Assembly: GCF_009914755.1 (NCBI RefSeq)
Contig: NC_060927.1
DNA: 64,000 nt
From: the human T2T-CHM13v2.0 reference genome, Homo sapiens
Direction: 5' to 3' (one strand)
Positions 26,626-40,964 of this stretch are shown one piece after another. The notes beneath the pieces are model-generated. The model was not told the origin of the DNA, ran no database searches, and saw only the letters and a list, made by a program, of their open reading frames with translations. Position 1 is the stretch's first letter. The number at the start of each line of letters is the position of its first letter. A program made the translations under genes and the position numbers.

Positions 26626-27950
26626 TGGTTTCGGCATCCCACAGCTGGGATAAGGCCACGGATTCATTGAACTTGACAAAGTAATCATCACATTTGTTAT
26701 CTCACCTCACACTGAACCCAGGCCTGCTCTGTCCTCTGATGCCTCTGCCCAGAGCTGACCACGCAAGGGCATTCAAGGAGATTGTTGTCACATAAGATTG
26801 TCTCATAGAAGTCTCTGGCTCAAATATTGCATGATTCTGTGATTCTAATGAATGTCGTCCAGAGAAAGGAAGAATGCCATGACATTATTTATACTGAGCT
26901 AGCAGGAGCTATTTGGAAAGAAGCACCCAAGTGATACAGAAAAGTAGATCTAGTGTTTCTGTCAGGAATTCCATATTAGTGCAGGCAGTGGGATATTAGA
27001 TGGTGGGATATTATATGTAACCTTGTTATAATGGGTGCAGAAGATATGGAAACCCTCTAGTAGGGAAGGCATGGGGGCCTATGGGACCAGACAAAACCAG
27101 ATGTCATAATGAGGGGCTTCTTGTATTGCTGAAATTCTGTTAAGACACTTATATTCCTCGGACTCGAGCTAAACCTAGGTGTTGCTCATTATTAAACAAA
27201 ATGTCAGTAAATGTACAGTATTCCAGGCATTATTGATGGTGAGTTTTATTATTTCCCTGAGCTTTACTAAGGTGTTATTGACAAAAAATTTAGATATTTA
27301 CAATGTACATGTGATGTTTGATATATGTATACACTGTGAAATGATTTAATCAATCAAATTAACTTGCCCATTACCTCACACACTTAGAATTTTTTTGTGT
27401 TGAGAGATTAAGATCTAATCTCTTAGCAATTTCCAAGTATACAATACATTATTAATAATTACAGTCATCATGCTGTACAATAGATCTCCAGAAGTTATTC
27501 ATCCTATCTGACTGACATCTTGTATCCTTTAAACAATATCTACCCATTCGTCTTACCTCTCCGCAGTTCCTGGCAATCAGCATGCTACTCCCTGTGAGTT
27601 TCACGTTTTTAGATTTTACATAAAGTGCGGTCACGCAGTATTTGTCTTTCTCTGGTTTATTTCACTTAACAAAATGTTCTCCACATTCATCTATATTGTT
27701 GCAAATGACAAGGATTCCTTCTTTTTTAAGGCTGAATAGTATCCCATTGTGTATATATATTACATTTTCCTTTATCCATTTATATGTTGATAGATCTTAG
27801 GTGAATAATGCTGCAGTGAACATGGGACTATGGATATCTCTTTGACATACTGGTTTTATTATACATTTTTTGGGGGGGGGTTCTATACCCAGAAGTGGGA
27901 TTGCTAGATCATATGGTAGTTCTTTTTTTTTTTTCTTTTTAAGAAATCTC

Positions 27951-27999
27951 TACACTGTGTTCCATAGTGGCTTTACACTGTGTTCCATAGTGGCTTTAC
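27951..27999. repeat. 23-bp tandem duplication within L1MA
   Basis: tacactgtgttccatagtggctt x2. Confidence 0.9.
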
Positions 28000-28655
28000 T
28001 AACTTATATTTCCACCAATAGTATACAAGGTTTTCCTTTTCTCCACATCCCCACCAACACTTGTTGTATTTTTTCTTTTTGGTAGTAGCCATTCTAACAG
28101 GAGTGATGCAATATCTCACTGCTAATTTGCATTCTCCGATATTGAATGTTTTCTTCGTATATCTGTGGGCCATTTTTATGTGTTCTTTAAAAAAATTATA
28201 TTCAGATCTTTTGTCCATTTTTCAGTGGGCTTATTTGTGTTCTTGTGATTGATTTGAATTTCTTACATATTTTCACTATTAACCCCTTGTCTATATATGG
28301 TTTACAAATATTTTTTCCTAATCTCTAGGTCACTTTTTCATTTTGTTGATGGTTTCTGTTGCTGTGCAGAAGCTTTTTAGTTTGATGAAATCCCACTTAT
28401 TTATTTTTGCTTTTGTAGCCTGAGCTTTTGTTGTGATATCCAATAAATCATTGACAAGGCCAATGTCCAGGAGGTTTTCCTCTGTTTTCTTCTAGGAATT
28501 TTATGATTTCAGGTCTTACAGCTAGGTCTTTTTTTCCATTTTAAGTTGATTTTTGTGTTCAGTCTAATAGTCCAATTTTTGCTTTTGCATGTGGAAATCC
28601 AGGTTTCCCAGGACCATTTATTGAAGAGCCTATACTTTCTCCATTGTGTGTTCTT

Positions 28656-28923
28656 TTTTTTGAGATGTAGTCTTGCTCTGTCACCCAGACTGGAGTGCAG
28701 GGGTATGATCTCGGATCACTGCAGCGTCCACCTCCTGGGTTCAAGCAATTCTTGTGCCTCGGCCTCCAGAGTAGCTGAGATTACAGGTGTGCACCACCAC
28801 TCCCAGCTAATTTTTGTAATTTAGTAGAGACAGGGTTTCACTATGTTGGCCAGGGTGGTCTCAAACTCCTGACCTCAAGTAATCCACAGTGTTGGAATTA
28901 CAGGCGTGAGCCACTGCGCCCAC
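28656..28923 (-). mobile_element. AluS in L1MA, small internal deletion in left arm
   Basis: TSD ccattgtgtgttctt (28641-28655 / 28924-28938). Confidence 0.93.
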
Positions 28924-29427
28924 CCATTGTGTGTTCTTGGTAACTTTTTTGAAGACCAATTGACTGTAAATGGGTGAATTTATTTCTGGGCTCTCTATTC
29001 TGTTCCATTGGTCTACAAGTCTGTTTTTTTTGTTTTGTTTTGTTTTGTTTTTTTGTTTTTTAGCAGTATCATGCTGCTTTGAGTACTCTAACTTTGTAGT
29101 GTACTTTGAAATAAGGTAGTATGATATCTCCAGCTTTTTCTTTTTGCTCAAGATGGCTTTGGCTATTCAGGATCTTTTGTGGTTCCATAAAAATTTTAGG
29201 ATTGTTTTTTCTACTTACGTGGAAAATCTCATGGAAATTTTGAAAGGGATTGCATTAAATCTGTAGGCTACTTTGGATAATATGAACATTAAATAATATT
29301 AATTATTCCAATCAAAGAATATAGGATATCCTTCCATTTATTTGAGTCTTCTTTGATTTCTTTCACCAATGCTTTATAGTTTCCAATGTACAGATCTTTC
29401 ACTTTCTTGATTAAATTTATTCTTAAG

Positions 29428-29762
<335 letters not shown>

Positions 29763-31647
29763 AAATTTATTCTTAAGTACTTTAAATACTGTATTTTGTT
29801 TTTTATTGTAACTAGTGTAAATGGGATTGTTTTCTTGATTTCTTTTTCAAATAGCTCATTGTTGGTACATAGAAACACTACAGATGTTTGTATGCTGCAA
29901 CTTAATTGGTTTATTAGTTATAACAGTTTTACAGTTTTTTTTGGTGGAATTTTTAGTGTAACTACAAGATATGCCATCTGCAAACAATTTTACTTCTTCC
30001 TTTCCAATTTGGATGCCTTTTAGTTATTTTTCTTGCCAAATTTCTCTGGCTAGGACTTCCACTACTACATTGGATATAAAGAGAGAGTGTGTAAGTCCTT
30101 GTCTTGTTCTCATCTTAGAGGAAAAGCTTTCAGCTTTTCACTGTTGAGTATGATGTTAGCTGTAGACTTGCCATACATGGCCTTAATTATGTTGATACAT
30201 TCATTTCATACCTAATTTGTTGAGTTTTATAATAAAATGATGTTGAATTTTGTCAAATGCTTTTTCTATATCTATTAAGATGGTCATGTATTTTTTCTCT
30301 TTATTCTGTCAATGTGGTGTATCACATTTATTGATTCATGTGTGTTGAACTATCCTTGCATCTGAGGGATAAATTGCACTTAATCACAGTGTATGATACC
30401 TTTAATGTGCTGCTGAATTTGGTTTGCTAGTATTCTGTTGAGGACTTTTACATCTATGTTCATCAGGGATATTGACCTGTAATTTTATTTTCTTATAGTG
30501 TCCTTGCCTGATTTTGGTATCAGGGTAATGCCGGCCTCATAAAATAAGTTTGGAAGTGTTCTGTCTGCTTTACGTTTTTGGAAGAGTTTGAGAATGATTG
30601 ACATTAATTCTTCTTAAAATGTTTGGTAGAATTCACAGGTGACATTGTCAGGTCTTGGTCTTTTTTGTGTTGAGAGTTTTTTGATGATGGATTTAATCTT
30701 ATCAGTCTGTTCAGATTTTGTTTTTCACAATTCAGTCTCAGTATGTTATATCAGAATTCATTTATTTCTTCTAGGTTACCCAATTTGTTGATATATAATT
30801 GCTCATAATAGTCTTTTATGATTCTATGCATTTTTGTGAAATCAATTGTAATGTCTCCTTTTTTATTTCTAATTTTATTTATTTGAGTCTGTCTCTTTTT
30901 TGCTTAGGCTAATGAAAGTTTTGTCAATTTTATCTTTTCAAAAAACCAACTCTTAGTTTCATTGATGTTTTCTACTGCTTTTCTATTCTCTATTTTATTG
31001 ATTTCTGCTCTGATCTTTATTATTTTCTTCCTTATGCCAACTTTGGGGATAAGTTGCTCTTTTTCTAGTTCCTTGAGGTATAAATTACAGTTGTTTGAGG
31101 TCTTTATTCTTTCTTAATGTAGGCATTTATTGTATAAACTTCTCCCTCAAAATGTTTTTAACGTGTTCCATAAGTTTTGGCATGTTGTAATTTCAGCTTT
31201 ATTCAAGACTTTTTTTGCTTTTCCTTTTGATTTTTTCTTTGACCCACTGGTTGTTTAGAAGTGTGTCATTTCATTTCACGTATTTGTAAATTTTCCAGTT
31301 TTCCTCTTGTTATTGATTTCTAGTTTTATACTATTGTCAAAACACATACTTGATATGATTTTGATCTTCTTGGATTTGTTAAGACTTGTTTTGTGCCCTA
31401 ATATGTGATCATCTTGGAGACTGTTCCATGTATATGTGAAAAGAGTGTGTATTCTGCTACTGTTGGATAGAATGTTCTATATATGCCTTCTGGGGTCATT
31501 TGGTTTAAAGTATTATTCAAGTCTGCCATTTCTTATTGACTTTCTGTCTTGAAGTCCCTTACTATTGTTGTAATTCTATCTATTTCTCCTTTCAGTTCTA
31601 TTAATATTTACTTATATATTTAGATGCTTTGATGTTAAGTACATATA

Positions 31648-31990
31648 CAGTTGACCCTCTATATCTGTGGGTTCTCTGTCAGTGAATTCAACAAACTGTA
31701 TATAAGAAATATTTGAAAATGAAATAGATGGTTGCATCTATACTGAACATGTACCAACTTCTTTTTTCTTTTCATTATACCCTAAAAATACAATGCAACA
31801 ACTATTTACATAGTACTTACATTGCATTAGGTATTGTAAGTAATCTAGAGATTACTTAAAGTATACAGGAAAATGTGTGGGTTATATTCAAATACTATGC
31901 CATTTTGTATAACAGACGTGAACTTTTGTGAATTTTTGTATCTGCAGGGTGTCCTAAAACCAATTCCTCACAGATATTGAGGGACTACCA
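31648..31990 (-). mobile_element. MER2 TcMar-Tigger MITE nested in L1MA
   Basis: ta|cagttgaccctctatatctgtggg ... cacagatattgagggactacca|ta: TIRs with TA duplication. Confidence 0.9.
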
Positions 31991-32993
31991 TATACCTACA
32001 ATTGTTATATCCTCTTGGTGAATTACTCCATTATCATTATATAATGACCTTCTTTCTCATTTGTAGAGGTTTCTGATTTAAAGTATATTTTATCTGATAT
32101 AAGTATAGCCACTTCTGCTCTATTTTCAGCTTATGTGTGTCCATAATGCTAAAGCATGTCTCTTGTAGGCAGCATACAGTTGAATCTTATTTTGTTTATC
32201 CATTCAGTCACTCTTTGTCTTTTGATTAGGGAATTGAATTCATTTACATTTAAAGTAATTATTGATAGGTAGGGACTTACTACTGCCATTTTGTCAGCTG
32301 CTTTTGACTGTCTAGTTGTTTCTTTGTTGTATTCTTCCTCTCTTGCTGTTTTTCATTGTGATTTTATGATTTATTTTTTGTAGTGGTATGCTTTTGAATC
32401 CTCTCTTGTTGTCTTATGTGTACCTCCTATTGAATACATGTGGTTACCATGAGGCTTACATAAAATATCTTATAGTTGTAATTGTCTGTTTTAAGCTGAC
32501 AACTTTGACTGCATACAAAACTCTACATTTTAACTTCTCTTCCCACCACACTTTATGTTATTGATGTCACAATTTACAACTTTTATGTATCTTGTATCCA
32601 TTACCAAGTTACTGTAGCTATAGTTATTGTTAATACTTTTGGTTTTTAAATTTTATTCTAGAGTTAAAGTGATTCATACATCACCATTACAGTATTAGAG
32701 TTTTCTGAATCTGACTTAATTCTTACCTTGGCAGTGAGTTATATAATTTCATATGTTTTCACATTGTCAATTAGTTTCCTTTTGAACTTGAAGAACTCCA
32801 TTTAGCACTTCTCGTAAGGCAGGCCTAGTGGTGATGAACTCTCACAGCTTTTGTTTGTCTGGGAAAGTCCTCATCTCATTTTCATTTTTGAAGGACAGCC
32901 TTGCAAGGCATTATATTCTTAGCTGGGAGTTTTTTTCTTTCAGCGCTTTAAATATGTCATCCCTCTTTCTTCTGCCCTGAAAGGTTTCTTTTG

Positions 32994-33057
32994 TTCTCAA
33001 AATCACTGAGAGTTTCTCAAAATCACTGAGAGTTTCTCAAAAGAAACTGACAGTTTC
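32994..33057. repeat. 20-bp tandem repeat (2 perfect copies and 1 degenerate) in L1MA ORF1
   Basis: ttctcaaaatcactgagagt x2, then ttctcaaaagaaactgacagt. Confidence 0.85.
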
Positions 33058-34309
33058 ACGTGTGTTCCCTTGTATATGACAAGTTGCTTTTCTCTTGCTG
33101 ATTCCTAAATTCTCCTTTGGACTTCTGAGAACTTGATTATAATTTGTCAGATGAAGATATCTTTATATTTAATTAATTTAGAGGGTCTTTGGGCTTCATG
33201 GACCTGGCTGTTCTTTTCCCTCTTCAGATTTGGGAAGTTTTGTTCATTATTTCTTTAACAAAGCTTTATTCCTCCTTCTCTGTTCCTTTTGGAAATTCCA
33301 TAATGCACATATTGATTAATTTGTTAGTGTCACATTATTTCTGTAGGCTTTCTTTGCTCTTTAATTCTTCTTTCTTTTTGTTCCACTGACTAGGTAATCT
33401 CAAATAATGTGTCTTCAGACTTACTGATTCTCTTTTTGCTTCATGGAAATATGCTGTTAAAGCTCTCTATTACATTTTCCAATTCAGTCATTGTGTTCTT
33501 TTAGCTTCAGAATTTCTATTTGTTGCTTTTATCTGGTTTTTATCTCTTTTTTGGACTTCTCATTTTGTTTTTGTTTTGTTTTCCTGAATTTGTTTAGTCA
33601 TCCATTTGTGTTCTATCACATCTCACTAAGCTCCTTTAAGACAATTATTTTGAATTCTTTGTCAGGTAATTCATAAATATCTATTTCTTTAGGGTCAGTT
33701 ATTAGTGTTTTATTTTATTCCTTTGGTGGTATTATACTTCTCTGATTATTCCTTATTTGTGGCCATTCATTGGTGTCTGTGTTTTTTAAGAAATAGGTAC
33801 CTATTTCAGTCTTACATACTGGTTTTGGCAGGGAAAGCTCTTAACCAATCAGCTGGTTTAGAGATCTTAGTTAGGTTATATGGCAGGGTACATGGACAGG
33901 CTTGCTGCTGAAGTTTTTGGGCAGGCAGGCCTGGTGCCAGCCTGGTTCTGGGTTGGACTGGAACCGGTATCAGTGGGATCTAGCCCAGACTCGAGGTCTG
34001 TGGGTGCCAATCTGGTGCCAGGTTGATTTTGGAGGCTGGGTCCTAGGGGGCTGGCCTGGACCTGGGGTCCAAAGGTACTGCCTGGTGCTAGAGTGGGTCT
34101 AGGGCTCTGGGGCTGACCTGGAGACTAGGACTGTGGGGTCAGACTGAGTTTTATTATAATTTACTATAGCTTTTCCCAAATTGTATGTTGTATAAGAACA
34201 AGGAAGAAGTTGATCAAGGTTGGTAGACATTGGCTTGGGTAGTAATAAGGATCTTATCCAGAGTGAACACAGCAGGAAAGAGAGGTGAAATACTTGGACA
34301 CATATCAAT

Positions 34310-34980
34310 TTCATTCCTTTACTCATTCATAAAATACATTTATTGAGTATCCATTGGGTGCTAGCTACTCTGTTAGGTATTGTGATTATAGTGGTGAGCA
34401 AAACAGTGGGGGAAAGAGATGCCTTTCAAATAAACATATAATCAAATTTGCAATTAATTCCTACAATAAGGGCTCTGAAGGGAAGTGCAGGGATCCTTTG
34501 ACAGGAATATCTGGTTTGTCTGAGCGGTTAAGAAAGGCTTCTTTGAGGATGAAATTTTGGAGCCAAAATCTGTGCAATGTGTAAAGTAGCTTGGAAAGGG
34601 GAATTTGGTATTAGAGGTAGAGGAAAGCTTGTGCAAAAATCCTGGGGCAAAGAGAATCTTTCATCTTTGGAAGAATTGAAGGCTGGCTTACAAGGCTGGA
34701 ACTCACAGGGCAAGAAAAAGGGGTACAGGAAATTAGACTAAAGAGAGGGTAACAGGCCGGATTATGTTAGAGATTTTGTTCTTTGTCCTAAGAGGAATGT
34801 TATTGACATATTTGGATTGGCCTTCTCAAAAGATCTCTGATTACTGTGCAGAGAGGAGTTTAGGTGAACTAGAATTAACACTGAAGAAATTATCTCAATA
34901 GTCCTGACAATAGAAGAGTGTCATGGTGGTGGCAGAGATGGAGAAAAGAAAATAGACTGAAGAAATACTGAAGAGGATGA
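34310..34980 (-). mobile_element. L2 3' region
   Basis: cattcataaaatacatttattgagtatccattgggtgctagctactctgttagg...agaaaggcttctttgaggatga. Confidence 0.8.
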
Positions 34981-35104
34981 ACCAGTCTCAAGGCCTTAGC
35001 CTGATTTGGAACCCCAGGTTCTGGGGTGATTATGATACCACGCTACATGATACATGTTTCCCGTGGTCATTAAATGTTATATTTGGGCATCATGTTCTCT
35101 GGGT

Positions 35105-35200
35105 CTTTCATTTTATAGATAAAGAAGCTGAGATCTGAAAAATGAAGTGACTTGCTCAAGGTCTCATGATAGTGTCTGCACCAGACTAGAACCAGGTATA
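35105..35200 (-). mobile_element. MIR core
   Basis: cattttatagataaagaagctgagatctgaaaaatgaagtgacttgctcaaggtctca. Confidence 0.75.
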
Positions 35201-35559
35201 CCAGATCAGCCACCTGGGATTTCTTGGGACACCAAGGTCAATGAGCATACATGTTCCTTAAAGTCATAAAAATGTATTTAAGAGTGATTGGGAGGTGGGA
35301 AGAGGTGGCACCCTGAACCCCATTTCTGGTACATGGTAGGCTTTATATAAGTATAAGCCTTCCTTAAGTGTCTTTGCTGTCTCCTAGATGGCATATTACT
35401 TTTCATAAACAAATGTAAGAGAACTTTGAAATATACCTAAGATGGGAAGTGGATAGGTTGTATGCAGGGATAGATTTTGTTATCAGACTAATAAGACCTA
35501 TGTATCAGTTCATAAGATATAGAGGGCATAGAAGGAATTTGGATTTCTCAGTACATTAA

Positions 35560-36020
35560 GTTAAGGATTGATTACCATAGGGTTCTTTGCTTACAAACTA
35601 GAGAAGCATACTCTGACAATTTAGAAAAAAAGAATAAAACAAAAACAAAAACACAATATACAACAAAAAACAAATGAAAAACCATCACTCAACCAATTTA
35701 CCAAAAAAGCAAAAACAACAAAAGAGGAAATTATTAGGCTATTAGGGATTTAGAGAAACAACAAGAAGGATGATGGAGAACTGGATCTGGGAAGACACAG
35801 GGATGAGGGTGGCACTGGAGGTTGGGAAGCAGGAATCAATACAACACTCTCTCGCTGGAAACCATCTTGACAGAACTTTTCTGCTAGAATGACTATAGCC
35901 ACAACATTGTCATTCTCTTGTTATTCTGTTCAAGATTTATATTTCAGGAGAGACAGCTGATTGGCCTAGGTCGTGTCATATGTCTGCCCTTTGGCTAGAA
36001 GAGTGTGTGATCCCTGAACA
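35560..36020 (-). mobile_element. Old MaLR LTR remnant (MLT1K/L-like)
   Basis: agggttctttgcttacaaactagagaagcatactctgac...ggagagacagctgattggcctaggtc. Confidence 0.45.
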
Positions 36021-36027
36021 TAGTACC

Positions 36028-37080
36028 TGTGATATTGTAATATAATAGGAAAGATATATTTGATCTTCTTCCCTGGTTCTTGGCTCAAGAGCTCCTGAAA
36101 CCCTTGCAATTTTCCGAGTGATAGAAGTGTGAAGAGCATCTTTCATTATTCATAATAAGCCACTTTCAACTATTTCTGAGTTTTTGTTAATAAGGCGACT
36201 CTGGTGGGGCCCTAAATAGCTTTAGGGTAAGGGCTGGTCACCATAAAGATCAAGGCATGATTAGACAATTGGGACATTAAGCTCCACTCACCTCGTCCAG
36301 AGGGGAGAGAAGCTAGAGGTGGAGTCAATAATCAATGGCTAATGATTAGCCAAGCTTATCCAACCTGCCTTATTTTGTTGTTGTTGTTGTTCTGTTTTGT
36401 TTTGTTTTAGGCTTTTAGCAGCTTGAAGCCATGGTTTTTAGTTTCTGTCTAGTGATAAGCAGAAAAGAGGGATGAGGAATGGGCTTTACTGGCCCAGCCA
36501 GAAATAGAAACTGTAAGAACCCATGACTGTATTCTCTCCCTTGGATACCCATGAGTCCTGCCCATGCAATCTTGATAAATACCCTAAATGATGGGGTTCC
36601 AAGTGCTTCTAGCTTAGTGAAAACATTGAGGTACTGGGAGAGTAGCAGGCCTGGAGAGGCCCTGGAAGCTCTTGCCTCCCCTCCCCACATGCCTTGCCCT
36701 GTGCATCTCTTCCATTTGTCTGTTCCTGAGTTGTATCCTTTATAATAAACTGCTAATAGTAAGTAGTCTGTTTTCCTGAGTTCTGTGAGCCATTGTAGCA
36801 AATTATCAAATATGAGAAGGTGGTTGTAAGGAGCCTCAATTTATAACGGGCCACTCAGAAGTTATGGAAAGCAACCTAGGACTTTTAACTGGCATCGGAA
36901 TAAGGCGCAGTCTGAGGTGGGGGTAGTCTTGAAGGATGAGCTCTTAACTTGTGGGGTATGACACTAACTCCATGGAATTAAGTCATTGGACACCCAGTTT
37001 GTGTCTGGAAAATTGGTTGTTGGTGAGGAAAAATCCAACATTTTTGGTATCGGAAGTGTTCTGTGTGTAAAACAGATCAT
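36028..37080 (+). mobile_element. MER21-family LTR
   Basis: tgtgatattgtaatataataggaaagatatatttgatc...agagctcctgaaacccttg...gttttcctgagttctgtgagccattgtagcaaattatcaa...ggacacccagtttgtgtctgg. Confidence 0.85.
36351..36553 (-). mobile_element. MER107/MER30-family hAT MITE nested in MER21
   Basis: Ends caagcttatccaacc and ttggatacccatg (reverse complements of ggttggacaagcttg and caggggtgtccaa); internal gaagccatggtttttagtttctgtc...aacccatgactgtattctctccc. Confidence 0.75.
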
Positions 37081-37486
37081 AGTATTGCCTCTGGAGAGTA
37101 TCCACATGGGGAGAGCAAAAGCAAACTTACAAGTGTCATCAGAAGAAAAATTCTCATGGCAAGGTTTAGTGTCAGGCATATTGTTTCTTAATAAGCCACA
37201 GGGAAAGACCCTCTTTTCTTCTTTCTATTCTGTTTTCTCACCCCATCTCTATGGTGTCTTCAGGAACTATGATCAGAGACTGCTCCTACCTCTCTCAGGT
37301 CAGCAGAAATTGGGTGGAGAAAAGGCACCAGCTTAAAGTGGACACCCAAGCCTAAGTGGTTTAGGACTTAATTACAAGGCACAAAGCTGAAAGGAGGTAG
37401 ATGTCAGGGGGTCATTGGGCAGATAGATAAATGGGATGACTAAATATTATAAACAGTGGAAAATGAAGGGTGAAAGATGAATGTTA

Positions 37487-37808
<322 letters not shown>

Positions 37809-38149
37809 GAAAGATGAATGTTAAGGAATGAGGGAGGTCTGTAGTGCATTTCTAAAGGCTCAGGGACTACAGTTAAGGTCTCCTATCCTGCCCTAGAGAC
37901 CAGGAAAGTGAGATGTTTGTTACCTTTATGGAAACTGCAGCAACCCTGACCCTGTATGATTTTGAAACATAACCTAAATCTTGAATAAATAATTTTCTAT
38001 TCTTTACTCAAGAATAGAAAAGTTATGAGTCAATGTTTCTTGAACAGACTGAAAAAGCAGCCTCCCTACCATGTAGTTTCCACAAGCAGTCAGTAACTGT
38101 GTTCATTCTTGATTAAACAGGTTGGGCAATGTTCTTCCGATTGTTTTAT

Positions 38150-38680
<531 letters not shown>

Positions 38681-40056
38681 TATGTGCATTTTTAAAAGGG
38701 GAGATGTTGTTAGCATTTTTTGACACTATCAGTGTGGAACACTGCCATTGGGCAGAGCCACTTCATCCAAGCCCCAGCACATTAATGGTTGCCTCTGGCT
38801 GACACTGTAGTGCCTGGGCTGACATAACTGGGCCCACTGAGATAAAAACAGCAACAGAAGTAGAAAATATTAATGGATACCTATGACAAGTTCTGGGGCT
38901 TCCTAGACTCCTCCTCTAAACCATCTGATATACCAGGTCACTGGGATTCTAATAGAGTGCTCTCTATTAATTAATTAATACTGCATTAATACACTGTGCA
39001 ATGCCTAAGAGTAAGATGAGCACCTCACACCATCCTCTGCATTCCTAATGTAGACCCATCTCAACCCAGCAGCTGCTCTTGGATGCTATCACCAAAGCAT
39101 TAAGTAAGTCCTTCTCACTCTGGATTTCCTAAAAGGGAATCAGACTCCAGTACACAGTCTGCTTTCACTTTTTAAAGTGTAAGCCAAGCACCAGTCCCCA
39201 GTATGTCACAGTTCAAGGATTTCCAAGGAGTCCTTCTGAAGACCCATTATTATGCCTGGGGTTTAACAGAAACAACTCTCCTCTAATTTCCCCCCAAAGC
39301 AGCATGGTGGGGGCAGGGGACTCAGAACTACAAGCCTTCTATCCAAACAATCCTCTTAACCAGTGTTCTGGTTACACTGTTCCACCGAAGTGCCCCTCAC
39401 TGGACTTGAGGTGAATAGGTACAGGCCTGCCCCCTCCTCCCCAAATAGGCTCTTGGCAGAGAGGTGCACACAGGGCTCACAGCAGAATTTTCCAGTGGTA
39501 GCCACTTTCCTCTTATCTGTGCTGGTAAATTCTAAAGTGAGACTCTAAAGTAAGAAATTGTGCCGTGCTGCCCTAACCAAAACATAGTTAAGGACAGGCA
39601 GACACTGACCAGAGATTACTGGCCTTGCATGCTCCATAGCTAAACTCTCGAGGTTTTCCGGAGAAACCCTAAACAGCTAAAATTGTGTCTTTTGATACTT
39701 CCATGGGGCTTATTCTAATACAAAATGTCCATTCTAACCTCTCAGCTAGCTGTCAGCTCATTAGTTTACCCAAATATGTTCAAACAAGATGACCTGTTTT
39801 TATACTCTACTGGCTCTTCTTTCCTCTCTTTTCTTTCTCTAAAATCACGTTTTTGCCTTTGATCTTTGACTGCATCTTTTATTCAACTTCCTCACAGATG
39901 AGTTAACAATTTGCATCCTTAATAACAAACAGTAAGAAACTGTATGCAACATAACCATAAAAGGTCTCTGAATTATTCTTTGATGGTGCCTCAATCAAAA
40001 AAATGAGGCAGGAAAAATTCTAATTATCATATCCTGTGATGGCTCAGTAGGCAATT

Positions 40057-40485
40057 GTGGCAGAGGCTATTAGCTATCCCCCAATATCCACTTTCCTCTT
40101 ATGTACAATAGTCAGTTGTCCCCCGCTTTATCTATTGTTTTGCTTTCTATGGTTTCTGTTGGCCATGGACAACTGAGGTCTGAAAGTATTAAATTGAAAA
40201 TTCCCGAAAAAATTTATAACTTTAAAATTGCATGGTCTTCTGAGTAGCATGTTATAATCTTTTGCTGTCCTCCCCTGTCCCACCCATGATATGAATCTTC
40301 TCTTTTTTCAGCATATCCACGCTGCATATACTACATGTCCATTACTGTATTTAGAAAATTATGTGTATAGGATTCGGTACTCTGCAGCTTCAGGCATCCA
40401 CCTGGGGGGTCTTGGAACAAACCCTCCATGAGTAAGAAGGGACTACTGTATTTTAGAAGTTCTGCTTTTTAGGTGGCATATGACA
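40057..40485 (+). mobile_element. MLT1J-like LTR 5' part split by MER44
   Basis: tgtggcagaggctattagctatcccccaatatccactttcc... resumes tttttaggtggcatatgac. Confidence 0.5.
40113..40448 (+). mobile_element. MER44A TcMar-Tigger MITE
   Basis: cagttgtccccgctttatc ... gagtaagaagggactactg|ta TIRs; internal tctgagtagcatg...cagcatatccacgctg. Confidence 0.88.
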
Positions 40486-40964
40486 TTGTGAAGAAAGACC
40501 CTCTTCCCCCATGAAGAAGGACTCTTCCTCCACCCTCTGATGGTTCGATAACTGATTCTGTTAAATAAACTGACAAAAGGGAGATTTATAGGAGAAAAAG
40601 CATACAAATTCATCACGCGCACAGGAGCATCGCATGAAAGAAACGTAGATATTCAATAAACAGGTGAGATTCGGGAGCTTATATGCCCTCTTCATAGGGG
40701 AGAGGAAAGGAGGGATGCAAGCAACTTAGGGGAAAGTAAACGATTTGGCAGAAAGATGAACCCTTAGAAAAACAGAAGAGAGTCTGCAATAGTTAGTGAC
40801 AAAGATTGTCTAGGTGGGGTATCAATTTCTTGTCTCCTCTCCTGTGATACGAGTTAGTCTTTCCAGATTGATAAAACTCCCAGAAAAGAGACTGATGATA
40901 ATCGAACTCCTTTGGAGGGTCTGTCTTCAGGCTGCAAGGGGAGTTCAGTGAAAGTCTCTCCCTG

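Noticed and set aside
39905-39920. AACAAT overlapping octamer ATTTGCAT
   Set aside because: The arrangement does not match the canonical SOX2-OCT4 composite (CATTGTTATGCAAAT) and the sites overlap; likely chance.
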